Assembly (NCBI GenBank): GCA_963840455.1
Contig: CAWIYV010000011.1
Coordinates: forward strand, 256,001 to 320,000
Direction: 5' to 3'
DNA: 64,000 bases
Source: Nitrospirota bacterium
GTDB taxonomy: Bacteria > Nitrospirota > UBA9217
The notes under the pieces are model-generated. The model did not search any database, was not told the origin of the DNA, and worked only from the letters and a program-made list of their open reading frames with translations. The position numbers were made by a program, and so were the translations under genes. Each line of letters opens with the position of its first letter. Position 1 is the stretch's first letter. Below, one piece after another: positions 50,721 to 60,171 of this stretch.

Positions 50721-51932
50721 ATGGCAAACCTGTTCTGGCTCTGCGCGGGCCTGACGGCCGTCGGCCTCGTGATCCATGCGCTCCAGATTATCGCGGTCAG
50801 GCGGTCTCTGGCGCCAAGCACCGATGCCGACCAACCCTGCCCCCCAGCACCCCTTCCTCCCATCTCGGTCCTGAAGCCCCTCAAGGGTCTGGACGACAAC
50901 CTCTTTGATAACCTCGACAGCTTCTGCCGCCAGTCCTATCAGGCCTATGAGATCATCTTTTCGCTGCAAGACCACAACGATCCGGCCTACAAGATCGCCC
51001 GCATGGTGAAAGACCGGCACCCGGACAAGGATATCCGGATAGTTATCGAATCCTGCAGTCGAGGCATGAATCCCAAGGTGAACAACCTGATCCCTGCTTA
51101 CCGGGCCAGCCGGTTCGATACCGTCCTGATCAGTGACAGCAATGTCTTGGTTGGACCGGATTACCTGCGGTCGATCGGCCGCCATCTAAACGACCCTTCC
51201 GTGGGACTGGTAACGAGCCTCATTCGCGGCACTGGCGGACGGACCTTCGGGTCCCTCTTCGAGAACCTGCACCTCAATTCGTTCATTATCGGCAGCGTCT
51301 GTTTCCTCGACCGGTTCCTCCGGATGCCCTGCGTAATCGGCAAGTCTATGCTCATGCGCAAGAAAGACCTGGAGGCTATCGGCGGGTTCGACGCGGTCAA
51401 GGACGTGCTGGCTGAGGACTTCATCATCGGAAGGAACATGCATGCGGCTGGCCGCCGCGTCGTCGTCGACAACTACCTGATCAATAATGAAAACCAGTAC
51501 TGGGGTGTCCGCCGGTTCCTGAACCGTCACACAAGGTGGGCCAAGCTGAGGTGGAAGATTGGCGGTGCGCGATACCTGGTCGAGCTCCTGGCGAACCCCA
51601 TCTTCATCGCCTGCCTCCCGCTGATCTGGAATGGCTTTACCGGCCCTGCTATCACGCTGGCGCTGTGCGCCGCGGTACTCAAGATCGCCGGCGACCATCA
51701 TCTCGGACTAAGGACAGGCGCCGCCCTATCCTGCGCCGCCTACCTGATCGTGCCGGTCAAAGACCTGCTCATCGGTGTCCTCTGGTTCGTACCGCTCCTG
51801 TCCGACACCGTAATCTGGCGCGGGAACCGGTACCGGATCGTGGAGGATACCCGCCTTGTCCCCGTCGAGGAGACCGGCCTCCTGTCGTGGCGCTATCGCC
51901 TTGCAAGTTCGATTCGGGAGCGCTTCGCATGA
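50721..51932 (+). CDS. Ceramide glucosyltransferase / HpnI-like GT21 enzyme
   Basis: N-terminal TM, SVLKPLKG, NPKVNNL, ISDSN, GKSM, LAEDF, RHTRW, WRG. Confidence 0.88.
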   Translation: MANLFWLCAGLTAVGLVIHALQIIAVRRSLAPSTDADQPCPPAPLPPISVLKPLKGLDDNLFDNLDSFCRQSYQAYEIIFSLQDHNDPAYKIARMVKDRHPDKDIRIVIESCSRGMNPKVNNLIPAYRASRFDTVLISDSNVLVGPDYLRSIGRHLNDPSVGLVTSLIRGTGGRTFGSLFENLHLNSFIIGSVCFLDRFLRMPCVIGKSMLMRKKDLEAIGGFDAVKDVLAEDFIIGRNMHAAGRRVVVDNYLINNENQYWGVRRFLNRHTRWAKLRWKIGGARYLVELLANPIFIACLPLIWNGFTGPAITLALCAAVLKIAGDHHLGLRTGAALSCAAYLIVPVKDLLIGVLWFVPLLSDTVIWRGNRYRIVEDTRLVPVEETGLLSWRYRLASSIRERFA

Positions 51933-51958
51933 CCGGAATGACCCAGCAGGCTGGCCGT

Positions 51959-52014
51959 TCGTCATGCAATGTTCATCCTCCTGTAATGCTTCTGTAACCG
52001 GCCCGTGATAACGT
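51959..52014 (+). promoter_or_regulatory. Pho-box promoter 3
   Basis: TCGTCAT 51959, TGTTCAT 51970, CTGTAAT 51981, CTGTAAC 51992; -10 TAACGT 10 bp downstream. Confidence 0.75.
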
Positions 52015-52022
52015 ATTGCACA

Positions 52023-52715
52023 ATGCTCCTGTGTGATTTTCATATCCATACGAACTACTCCGACGGCTCCCTGGAGCTGGAGAAGACGGTGGACATATTC
52101 GGGCAGGCCGGCTTCGATGTGATTGCGATCACGGACCATGTTGTGAATGGGGACAATACAATCGGGAAGGTGACCCGCGCACTTGACCTCTCCGTCACCG
52201 GCGCAAACTTCGACGGTTATCTTGCGCACATCCGGAGCGAGGCAGCGCGCGCCTGGGACAAGTACGGCATGTTGGTGATTCCGGGCGTGGAGATCAGCAA
52301 AAACTACTTCTCTTCGGAACGTTCGGCCCACATCCTCCTTCTTGACATCAAAGAATTCGTCCCCGCCTGCTTGGACTACGAGGAGCTGTTCCGGGAGGCG
52401 CGGCGGCAGGACACGATCACAGTGGCATGCCATCCGCACACCACGCCGAAGATAGCCGAGAAGGACACTCTGTACCTCTGGAACAACCGCGAGAAGTACG
52501 CCAAGCACATCGATGCCTGGGAAGTGGCGAACCGTGACGACGTTTTCAACGTGGTGAGCCTGAAGCGGTATCCCTACATCGCGAACAGTGATTTCCACAA
52601 GGCACGCCACCTCTACTCGTGGAAGACGCTGCTGAACTGCGACAAGAACGTCGAGGCAGTGAAGCAGTGCATACGCCACAACCGCGGCGTGGCGATAACG
52701 TTGTTCAGGAACTGA
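52023..52715 (+). CDS. PHP-domain phosphoesterase
   Basis: DFHIHTNYSDG, AITDH, PGVE, CHPH, NSDFH. Confidence 0.88.
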   Translation: MLLCDFHIHTNYSDGSLELEKTVDIFGQAGFDVIAITDHVVNGDNTIGKVTRALDLSVTGANFDGYLAHIRSEAARAWDKYGMLVIPGVEISKNYFSSERSAHILLLDIKEFVPACLDYEELFREARRQDTITVACHPHTTPKIAEKDTLYLWNNREKYAKHIDAWEVANRDDVFNVVSLKRYPYIANSDFHKARHLYSWKTLLNCDKNVEAVKQCIRHNRGVAITLFRN

Positions 52716-52731
52716 TCCCGAGGAAGGAACG

Positions 52732-53820
52732 ATGCACGAACTGGTGTTGATCGTAGAGGACGAAAAGGACATCGCGCAGCTTTTGCGTTACAACCTACAG
52801 AAGGCGGGGTACCGCACCGTCGTCGCCTACGACGGCGACCAGGCGCTCAGCGTCGAGCGGTTCGGCAAGCCCGACCTGGTCCTCCTGGACATCATGCTGC
52901 CCGAACGCGACGGATGGGAGGTCTGCCGGCGCATGCGCGCAAGCGAGCAGTCTGAGACGACGCCCATCATCATGATCACGGCCCTGGACGCAGAAGAGTC
53001 CCGCCTCCGCGGCCTCCAAATCGGTGCTGACGACTACATCACCAAGCCGTTCTCGGTTCGCGAGGTGCTGCTCAAGGTCCGGAAACTGCTCGACCGGTCC
53101 AATGAGCTCCGGGCCCACCGCGTGCGCCGCTGCGAGGCCGAGTCCCAGATCTCCTACCTCGTCCATGAGCTAAAGAATAGCCTGTCGATCATCGGTGGAT
53201 ACACCTTGCTTGCAAGCGAGCGGGATGACGGGTGCGGCTACTGGGAACGCATTTCCATGACAACGGAATATATGGACCAGATTCTCAGCGATGCGTCGAT
53301 CCTTGTCCGCCTGGAAAAGGGTGCCTCCCCTCCTCCCTTGGAGCAGTTCGCCCTCCATGAGGTAATCGAGGACACGCTGGGTGCGCTCCGGCTCACCACA
53401 GGCGACAGAGGAGTTACTTTGCATCTTGCCGGCGGGACTGGTTGCCGGGTCTGGGGCGAACAGCGCGCTGTCCGTCAGATCGCGACAAACTTGCTCTCGA
53501 ACGCGGTCAAGTATAACCGCACGGGAGGCGCAGTCTGGGTCCGGATTGACGAACAGGGCAGCGGGGTCGACCTGTCGGTGACAGATGAGGGGCCCGGGAT
53601 AGCGCCGGATCAACGGCAGCGGATTTTCGAGAAGTACTACCGCTGCCCAGGGTCGGAGCATGTCAAGGGATCGGGGATTGGCCTCTACGTCGTCAAAATG
53701 CTTACCGAGAGTATCGGCGGTACCGTTCGCGTCGCCTCGGACAAGGCGGGCGGCACCACGTTCACGGTCTCCTTCTGCAGGGCGGATGATGCCGTTCCGG
53801 CCATCCGGTCCGCCAGGTGA
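52732..53820 (+). CDS. Receiver-histidine kinase hybrid (no TM sensor)
   Basis: OmpR-like receiver, H-box VHELKNSL, NLLSNAVKY, DEGPGI, GSGIGL. Confidence 0.9.
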   Translation: MHELVLIVEDEKDIAQLLRYNLQKAGYRTVVAYDGDQALSVERFGKPDLVLLDIMLPERDGWEVCRRMRASEQSETTPIIMITALDAEESRLRGLQIGADDYITKPFSVREVLLKVRKLLDRSNELRAHRVRRCEAESQISYLVHELKNSLSIIGGYTLLASERDDGCGYWERISMTTEYMDQILSDASILVRLEKGASPPPLEQFALHEVIEDTLGALRLTTGDRGVTLHLAGGTGCRVWGEQRAVRQIATNLLSNAVKYNRTGGAVWVRIDEQGSGVDLSVTDEGPGIAPDQRQRIFEKYYRCPGSEHVKGSGIGLYVVKMLTESIGGTVRVASDKAGGTTFTVSFCRADDAVPAIRSAR

Positions 53821-53867
53821 GCTGGCACACGGGCACCCGGCATTTCAACGACCACAAGGAGGTCCCT

Positions 53868-54290
53868 ATGGGAAACCGCAAGAAACGCATTCTGGTCATC
53901 GACGACGATACCGACCACCTGTTCCTTGCCCGGGAATTCCTTGCCCGGGAGGGATACGAGGTGCTGACGCACCAGAGCCCCTTCGGGGTCACCGGGCTGA
54001 TCCAGGCCGCAGAACCTGACCTGGTGCTGCTGGACGTCAATATGCCGTCGCTTCCCGGCGATGACCTCGCAGCGTTCATCAAGGCCGACGAGCGAACGCG
54101 ACACGTTCCTATTGTCCTTTACTCGTCCACTGACGAGGACCACCTCAGGAGCACGGTCGTGCGGCACCGCCTGGACGGGTACATCGCCAAAGGCGACACC
54201 GCCGATCTTCGTATGAAGGTTGGGTACTTTCTGCAAATGCACGTGTGTGACATCGTCTCGCACCGCAGGTCTCTATACGCCGTCGAGTAG
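53868..54290 (+). CDS. Single-domain response regulator
   Basis: LVIDDD, LLDVNMP, K; RBS AAGGAGG. Confidence 0.88.
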   Translation: MGNRKKRILVIDDDTDHLFLAREFLAREGYEVLTHQSPFGVTGLIQAAEPDLVLLDVNMPSLPGDDLAAFIKADERTRHVPIVLYSSTDEDHLRSTVVRHRLDGYIAKGDTADLRMKVGYFLQMHVCDIVSHRRSLYAVE

Positions 54291-54355
54291 ATCCATTTAG
54301 CAGCTGCCGCCGGCGCGTTCCAACATGATCCGTAGCCGCATGAGATGACCCATGA

Positions 54356-54400
54356 TTGTCATATTCTTGTAATCGGATTGTAACAACCACAGCGTATAGT
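54356..54400 (+). promoter_or_regulatory. Pho-box promoter 4
   Basis: TTGTCAT 54356, TTGTAAT 54367, TTGTAAC 54378; -10 TATAGT 10 bp downstream. Confidence 0.85.
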
Positions 54401-54435
54401 GGTGAAGTTTAAAATATCATAAGGAGGAATTGAAG

Positions 54436-55446
54436 ATGAAGAAAACAGTAGCAATCATTATGGTGCTGATGCTTGCCGCCGGTATCGGTGTGGTGCAAGC
54501 GGCAGAGACCTTGAACGGCGCCGGGGCAACCTTCCCCTACCCGATCTACTCTGCCTGGGCGTTCGATTACAACAAGGTCAGTGGCGTGCAGCTCAACTAC
54601 CAGTCCATCGGCTCGGGCGGCGGGATCAAGCAGATCACCGAGCGCACCGTGGACTTCGGCGCTTCGGACAAGCCGCTCAAGCCAGAGGAGCTCGCCAAGG
54701 ACAAGCTCCTGCAGTTCCCAGCGGTCGTGGGCGGTGTGGTCTTTGTCGTGAACATCGAGGGAATCAAGGAAGGCCAGCTGAAGCTCGACGGCGACACGGC
54801 ATGCAAAATCTTCCTGGGCGATATCAAGAAGTGGAACGACAAGCAGATTGCGGGCATGAACGCCGGACTGAAGCTGCCGGACGCCGAGATCACGGTCGTG
54901 CGCCGCTCCGATGGTTCGGGCACCACAGCCATCTTCACCGATTATCTGAATGGCGTCTGCCCAGCCTGGAAGGACAAGGTCGGCAGCGGAACCTCGGTCA
55001 ACTGGCCGGTCGGTATCGGCGGCAAGGGGAACGAAGGTGTTTCGAACTACGTCATCAAGACGGCGAACTCCATCGGCTACGTGGAATTCGCCTATGCCAA
55101 GCAGAACAAGATGGTCCACACGAAGCTCAAGAACAAGGCCGGGTCCTTCGTGGAACCGAACTTCGAGAGCTTCGAGGACGCTGCCGAGACCGGGACCTTT
55201 GATCCGCAGCAGGGCTTCTACCTTTGGCTGACCAACGCGCCGGGCAAGAACGCCTGGCCGATCGCCGGCGCTACCTTCATCCTGCTCGCCAAAGAAAAGA
55301 CCGACTCGAACAAAAAGGTCGTGAAGTTCTATGACTGGGCGTTCCAGAACGGCGACGCCAAGGCGAAGGAGCTCGTATACGTGCCCCTGCCGAAGACCCT
55401 AAAAGACAAGATCCGGGGCTATTGGAAGGCGAACGGAATCATGTAA
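54436..55446 (+). CDS. pstS: Phosphate ABC transporter substrate-binding protein
   Basis: GAGATFP, YQSIGSGGG, DFGASD, RSDGSGTT, GKGNEGV. Confidence 0.96.
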   Translation: MKKTVAIIMVLMLAAGIGVVQAAETLNGAGATFPYPIYSAWAFDYNKVSGVQLNYQSIGSGGGIKQITERTVDFGASDKPLKPEELAKDKLLQFPAVVGGVVFVVNIEGIKEGQLKLDGDTACKIFLGDIKKWNDKQIAGMNAGLKLPDAEITVVRRSDGSGTTAIFTDYLNGVCPAWKDKVGSGTSVNWPVGIGGKGNEGVSNYVIKTANSIGYVEFAYAKQNKMVHTKLKNKAGSFVEPNFESFEDAAETGTFDPQQGFYLWLTNAPGKNAWPIAGATFILLAKEKTDSNKKVVKFYDWAFQNGDAKAKELVYVPLPKTLKDKIRGYWKANGIM

Positions 55447-55474
55447 CGACTGTACGGGACGAGAGTAAACAGAC

Positions 55475-55509
55475 GAGCTGGGTACATAAAAGTACCTGGC
55501 TCTTTTTTT
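55475..55509 (+). terminator. Intrinsic terminator after pstS
   Basis: GAGCTGGGTAC-ataaaa-GTACCTGGCTC followed by a T-run. Confidence 0.8.
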
Positions 55510-55950
55510 ACTAAAACGATTTTCCAGACACCGCTGAAGCGTGTGTTAATTGTGCCCGATGTGTTCAGGCCGAGCGTGGAGGACTCAAGGATCGTCCGTG
55601 CCATGCCCCTGAAACCGTGGCCACTCACCACGTTTGTCGTAGTCAATGCGCCGCAGGGCCGACAGCACGGGATTATTTGACATGGGACGCTGAAGTGAAC
55701 GGGCATAGGGAAACACATAGCGGGCGGCGGCATTGAACCCGCATCCGAATTCCATCAGCATTCGATGATACTCTTCTTCTCGTTGAAAATTACATATTTC
55801 ATCACGATACCAAAAGTGCAGTTAACAGGAAGTAGATCACCCGCCGACTATAACATACTATCAGTTAGCCAAACAGCCCTAGGATCTCACCCCAGACTGA
55901 ACGGGCAGTACTTCCCAAAGTTGATGATCAGCGGCGTATGTACGGCACAC

Positions 55951-56220
55951 CTACTTCGCGGATTTCGCCTTTTCCCGCTCGTTCAGATCGTTCAGGTTCT
56001 TTTTGCCTTTTGTCGTTTCCTTCTTGAACCCGTCAAAAGCCCGGTTGACACCATCCCGGAAATTTCCATCTTTGTTCTTATCCTTTGAGTCCTTATTCTC
56101 CTCCGCAGCCTTCTTGTCCTTCTTCGCGGCAGAATCCTCCGCCAGTCCCCGCTGCGGAACGCCAAGCAAAAGCGTTGCAGCAACGAGACAGAACGCCATG
56201 ACCTTGATTCTGTTCACCAT
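55951..56220 (-). CDS. Small secreted Lys/Asp-rich protein
   Basis: AGGAGG RBS, signal peptide MVNRIKVMAFCLVAATLLLG. Confidence 0.7.
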   Translation of the reverse strand: MVNRIKVMAFCLVAATLLLGVPQRGLAEDSAAKKDKKAAEENKDSKDKNKDGNFRDGVNRAFDGFKKETTKGKKNLNDLNEREKAKSAK

Positions 56221-56372
56221 GGTCTCCTCCTGATTCTTCGCCTGGCCGTAAACGCTCCCGGCCGTTGAACTATTATGCCTGCCTGCCCCTGTCCCGTCAA
56301 GGGCCAGAGACAGCAAAGGCCCCCCGGTATCCCGGGAGGCCTCAGTATTGATGACAACTTGTTCGGCCGGAC

Positions 56373-57401
56373 CTACACCATCCCCGCCAGGTCGCGGATG
56401 AGCTTCTCCGAATCCTTCCACCCCAGGCAGGGGTCGGTGATGGACTTTCCGTAGACGCTCTCCGTCACCTTCTGGCTGCCCTCCTCGATGAAGCTCTCGA
56501 TCATGAAGCCGCGGACCATGTCCTTGAGCAGGGGCGAGTGCCGGCGGCTCTGCATCACTTCCATGGCGATGCGGGGCTGCTCGGCGTACTTCTTGTTGGA
56601 GTTGGCGTGGTTCGTGTCCACGATGATCGTGGCGTTGGCGAGCCCCCGCTTCTTGTAGGTCTCGGCGAAGAAGATGAGGTCCTCGTAGTGGTAGTTCGGC
56701 ACGGTCACGCCGTGGGGGTCTACGGCGCCGCGCAGCACGGCGTGGGCAAGCGGGTTGCCCAGGGTCTTGACCTCCCATCGGTTGTAGCTGAACACGTGCG
56801 GCGCCTGGGCCGCCTGGATGGAGTTGAGCGTGACATCTATGTCGCCCGACGTGGGGTTCTTCATGCCCACCGGGATGTCGAGGCCGCTGCACGTGAGCCG
56901 GTGCCCCTGGTTCTCCACGGAGCGTGCGCCCACGGCGACATAGGAGAGCACGTCCTCGAGGTAGGGATAGTTGCCGGGATAGAGCATCTCATCGGCCGCC
57001 GGGAGCCGCGATTCCTTGAGCGCCCGGAGGTGCATCTTCCGGATGGCGTTGATGCCCTCGACGATGTTCGGCTCCTCGGAGAGAATTGGCTGGTGGGCCA
57101 TGCCCTTGTACCCGATGCCGGTGGTGCGCGGCTTGTTGGTGTAGATCCGGGGGATGATGATGATCCTGTCCTTCACGTCCTCCTGGACCTTCGCCAGACG
57201 GCCGATGTAGTCGCACACGGCGTCCTCGTCGTGCGCCGAGCAGGGGCCGATGATCAGGACGAACTTCTTGCTCTCCCGCGTAAAAACCTCTTTGATCTCC
57301 TGATCGCGTTTCCGCTTGACGACCGACAGGTCCAGGGAAAGCGGCATGGCCGCCAGGATGTCCTTGGGCTGCGGGATCTCCCGCACGTATTCGAAGCTCA
57401 T
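56373..57401 (-). CDS. DAHP synthase class I (AroF/G/H type)
   Basis: IIGPCS, KPRTT, VGARS, VGMKN, VLRG, DTNHANS, MIESF, SITDPC. Confidence 0.93.
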   Translation of the reverse strand: MSFEYVREIPQPKDILAAMPLSLDLSVVKRKRDQEIKEVFTRESKKFVLIIGPCSAHDEDAVCDYIGRLAKVQEDVKDRIIIIPRIYTNKPRTTGIGYKGMAHQPILSEEPNIVEGINAIRKMHLRALKESRLPAADEMLYPGNYPYLEDVLSYVAVGARSVENQGHRLTCSGLDIPVGMKNPTSGDIDVTLNSIQAAQAPHVFSYNRWEVKTLGNPLAHAVLRGAVDPHGVTVPNYHYEDLIFFAETYKKRGLANATIIVDTNHANSNKKYAEQPRIAMEVMQSRRHSPLLKDMVRGFMIESFIEEGSQKVTESVYGKSITDPCLGWKDSEKLIRDLAGMV

Positions 57402-57425
57402 GGTCTACCTCTCAACATGGATACG

Positions 57426-57500
57426 TTACCACGAGGACACCAGGACACAAGGAAGACCAACCGGTTCGGATCACCTTCGTGCCTTTATGCCTTCGTGGTA
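57426..57500. repeat. Mirrored tandem-repeat hairpin (CACNAGG / CCTTNGTG units)
   Basis: TTACCACGAGGACACCAGGACACAAGG ... CCTTCGTGCCTTTATGCCTTCGTGGTAA. Confidence 0.7.
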
Positions 57501-57625
57501 AATAGTCTTTATTCCAGGTGAGGAGCAGTATAAAAGCCGGAGGTCCTCCAAGTCAAGCCCAAATCGCCGTGACTGCCGAAAAAACACTGTTTTTTTCGTC
57601 GCCGATATTGTATATAATGCCTGTC

Positions 57626-58471
57626 ATGGGAAAAAGGAAAAAAGGAAGCCGCTTCGACCGGATCGTCCTCTGGGGGATCGTCGTTTCCGTGGTTGCCATC
57701 GCCCTGTTGCTCTGGGGGCCCTTCCAGAAGATGAGAAAGGCCCCCGAACGCAAGCCGCCGGTTGCCGGAAAGAAGCAGGACCGCGAAGGCCGGGAGCACC
57801 TTATCACCGCGGTCATTGCCGTCGTGATCGACGACCTCGGCCAGGACCTGAAGCCCGCGCAGGAGGTCCTCGGCATGCCTGACCGGATCACCCTGGCGGT
57901 CATGCCCCGCCTGCCGCAGTCAAAGAAGATCGCCGAGCTGGCTCGCCAGGGCAGCAGGGAGGTCCTGGTCCACATCCCCATGGAGGCGAAGGTCCGCGCT
58001 GAAAAACGCGACGCGCCGGGAACGCTGCGGCTGGACATGACGCCCATGGAGTTCATTGCCGCCGTGAACGAGGACCTCGACTCCGTGCCCGGCGCTGCCG
58101 GCATCAACAACCACGAGGGCTCGGCCCTGACCGAGAACAAACAGGCCATGACCTTCCTGATGTCGGAACTGAAGGCGCGGAACCTCTTCTTCCTTGACAG
58201 CTTGACGAACGCAAAGAGCACAGCCTTCTCCGTTGCGAAGGAGTTCGGCCTCAAGGCGGCGAAGCGCGACGTGTTCCTCGACAACGAAAGCGACCGTCCC
58301 GCGAAGATCCGCAAGCAGTTCGACGAACTGACCCGCGTGGCGAAACAGAACGGCAGGGCCATCGGCATCGGCCATCCGCACCCGGCGACGATCGCCGAGC
58401 TCCGGAAGTGGCTCGCGAAGATCGATGACGAAGGCATCGAGATCGTGCCGGTCTCGGCACTGGTAAAATAA
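57626..58471 (+). CDS. Divergent polysaccharide deacetylase (YibQ family)
   Basis: N-terminal TM; VIDDLG, HIPME, NNHEGS, FLDS.T, DVFLD, IGHP. Confidence 0.9.
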   Translation: MGKRKKGSRFDRIVLWGIVVSVVAIALLLWGPFQKMRKAPERKPPVAGKKQDREGREHLITAVIAVVIDDLGQDLKPAQEVLGMPDRITLAVMPRLPQSKKIAELARQGSREVLVHIPMEAKVRAEKRDAPGTLRLDMTPMEFIAAVNEDLDSVPGAAGINNHEGSALTENKQAMTFLMSELKARNLFFLDSLTNAKSTAFSVAKEFGLKAAKRDVFLDNESDRPAKIRKQFDELTRVAKQNGRAIGIGHPHPATIAELRKWLAKIDDEGIEIVPVSALVK

Positions 58472-58475
58472 CAGC

Positions 58476-58553
58476 GGAAGGGGCAAGGGGTCAGGGGAAC
58501 GCATGACGGCCCTGCCCTCGCTCCTTCCCTTCACCGTTCACCCCTCACCCCTA
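58476..58553. repeat. Mirrored heptamer-repeat hairpin
   Basis: AAGGGGC AAGGGGT CAGGGG ... CCTTCAC CGTTCAC CCCTCAC CCCT. Confidence 0.65.
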
Positions 58554-58563
58554 ACCGATCATC

Positions 58564-59568
58564 ATGCTCACCCTCGGCATAGAAACGTCCTGCGATGAGA
58601 CCGCGGCAGCGGTGCTCCGGGAAACGACCGTCCTTGCGAATGTCGTATCGTCCCAGATTGCGCTGCACGAGAAGTACGGCGGCGTGGTGCCCGAGCTCGC
58701 GTCGCGGGAGCACCTCCGGAACCTCATGCCCGTCGTTCGCGAGGCGCTTGACCGGGCGGGCGTGACGATCAAGGACATCAACCTCGTCGCCGTGACCTCA
58801 GCCCCCGGCCTCATCGGCGCGCTGCTCGTTGGCGTCTCCGCTGCCAAGGCCATGGCCTACAGTCTCGGCATCCCCTTCATCGGCGTGCACCACGGCGAGG
58901 CTCACATCCTCGCCGCGCACCTGGAATATCCCGGCCTCGGCTATCCCTACATCGCGCTGCTCGCTTCGGGCGGACACACCGCTCTCTACCACGTACGGGA
59001 ATTCGGTTCCTATCGTTTGCTGGGACAGACGCGGGACGACGCGGTGGGAGAGGCCTTCGACAAGGTGGCCAAGCTGCTCGACCTCCCCTACCCCGGCGGA
59101 CCGGTCATCGACCGGCTGGCGCAGGAGGGAGACCAGCAGGCGGTCCGCTTTCCCCGGGGACAGCGGGAGGGACACGACTTCAGCTTCAGCGGCCTCAAGA
59201 CCGCTGTGCGGAACCACGTGTCGCTTTTCCGGTCCAGGGACGCCGGGCTTGACCGGTCGCTCAAGGTGAAGGACATTGCCGCGAGCTTCCAGGCTGCGGC
59301 AGTGGATATGCTGGTGGAGAAAACGATCAAGGCGGCAACAGAGCACGGTGTCACTACGGTCGTGGTGGCGGGAGGCGTGGCAGCAAACAGCTCGCTCAGA
59401 AAAGAAATGCGGCAGGCTTGCGAAAAGGCCGGCATTACGCTCACGCTGCCGGGCATGGATCTCTGCGTCGACAATGCGGCCATGGTGGCGCTGGCGGGCT
59501 ATCTTCATTACCAACGGGGGGACCGGTCGAACCTTGACCTCAATCCAGCAGCGAGCGCTACCCTGTAG
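58564..59568 (+). CDS. tsaD: tRNA N6-adenosine threonylcarbamoyltransferase
   Basis: GIETSCDET, GGVVPELASREH, HHGEAH, SGGHT, GEAFDK, FSFSGLKT, DNAAM. Confidence 0.97.
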   Translation: MLTLGIETSCDETAAAVLRETTVLANVVSSQIALHEKYGGVVPELASREHLRNLMPVVREALDRAGVTIKDINLVAVTSAPGLIGALLVGVSAAKAMAYSLGIPFIGVHHGEAHILAAHLEYPGLGYPYIALLASGGHTALYHVREFGSYRLLGQTRDDAVGEAFDKVAKLLDLPYPGGPVIDRLAQEGDQQAVRFPRGQREGHDFSFSGLKTAVRNHVSLFRSRDAGLDRSLKVKDIAASFQAAAVDMLVEKTIKAATEHGVTTVVVAGGVAANSSLRKEMRQACEKAGITLTLPGMDLCVDNAAMVALAGYLHYQRGDRSNLDLNPAASATL

Positions 59569-59610
59569 TTCGTTCCAGGGTGAGCGAGCGATGAGCATAT
59601 CGCTTCCATG

Positions 59611-59655
59611 AGGGTCGCAGCATCAAGCTGTTAGTACTTGGATGCTGCGATCCCC
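59611..59655. terminator. Hairpin between convergent genes
   Basis: GGGTCGCAGCATC-AAG...CTT-GGATGCTGCGATCC. Confidence 0.55.
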
Positions 59656-59667
59656 GGGCCAGCATGG

Positions 59668-60048
59668 CTATTTGACCGCGTAAGGAGAAAAGGGTTGCTT
59701 TCTGAGTAGTTTCAGCAGGATGATGGAATAGACGAAGTTCGGCCCCTCTTCCTTCCGCACGAGCTGGTAGAAATCGCAGGTCTCGCAGTTCTTGTATTTA
59801 TTGGCAAAGGTCCCCTGCACCACGCCCTTGCAGAGCGTTCCGCTGATGACCCAGCAGGCCCTTCCCGCGTTCGTGCCCTCGTGCACGTCATCAAGCGCCG
59901 TCTCCATGCTGGCGGGGCACAGCCCCATGTCCTTGACATGCGGGCCTTGCGGCTGCCGTCCGCATTTCTTATATTCCCAGCAGTTCAGCTTCCTTGTGCT
60001 CGGGGTCGTGCCCGGCTTCGCAGGTGCATCCAAGATGTCGCTTTTCAT
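59668..60048 (-). CDS. Cys-rich two-CW-motif protein
   Basis: NCWEYKKCGR...CPA...GRACWVISGTLC...CETCDFY. Confidence 0.8.
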   Translation of the reverse strand: MKSDILDAPAKPGTTPSTRKLNCWEYKKCGRQPQGPHVKDMGLCPASMETALDDVHEGTNAGRACWVISGTLCKGVVQGTFANKYKNCETCDFYQLVRKEEGPNFVYSIILLKLLRKQPFSPYAVK

Positions 60049-60171
60049 TTTTTCCTCCCCCGTGTGGGATCATCGTATATTCAATTCCCGATCTTCAGGA
60101 ACGAATGCCGGCCCCGAGGTCCTCGTGCCTCCCCGAGACCGGCCGGCCATCCCCATGGCGCCGATGTTCAT

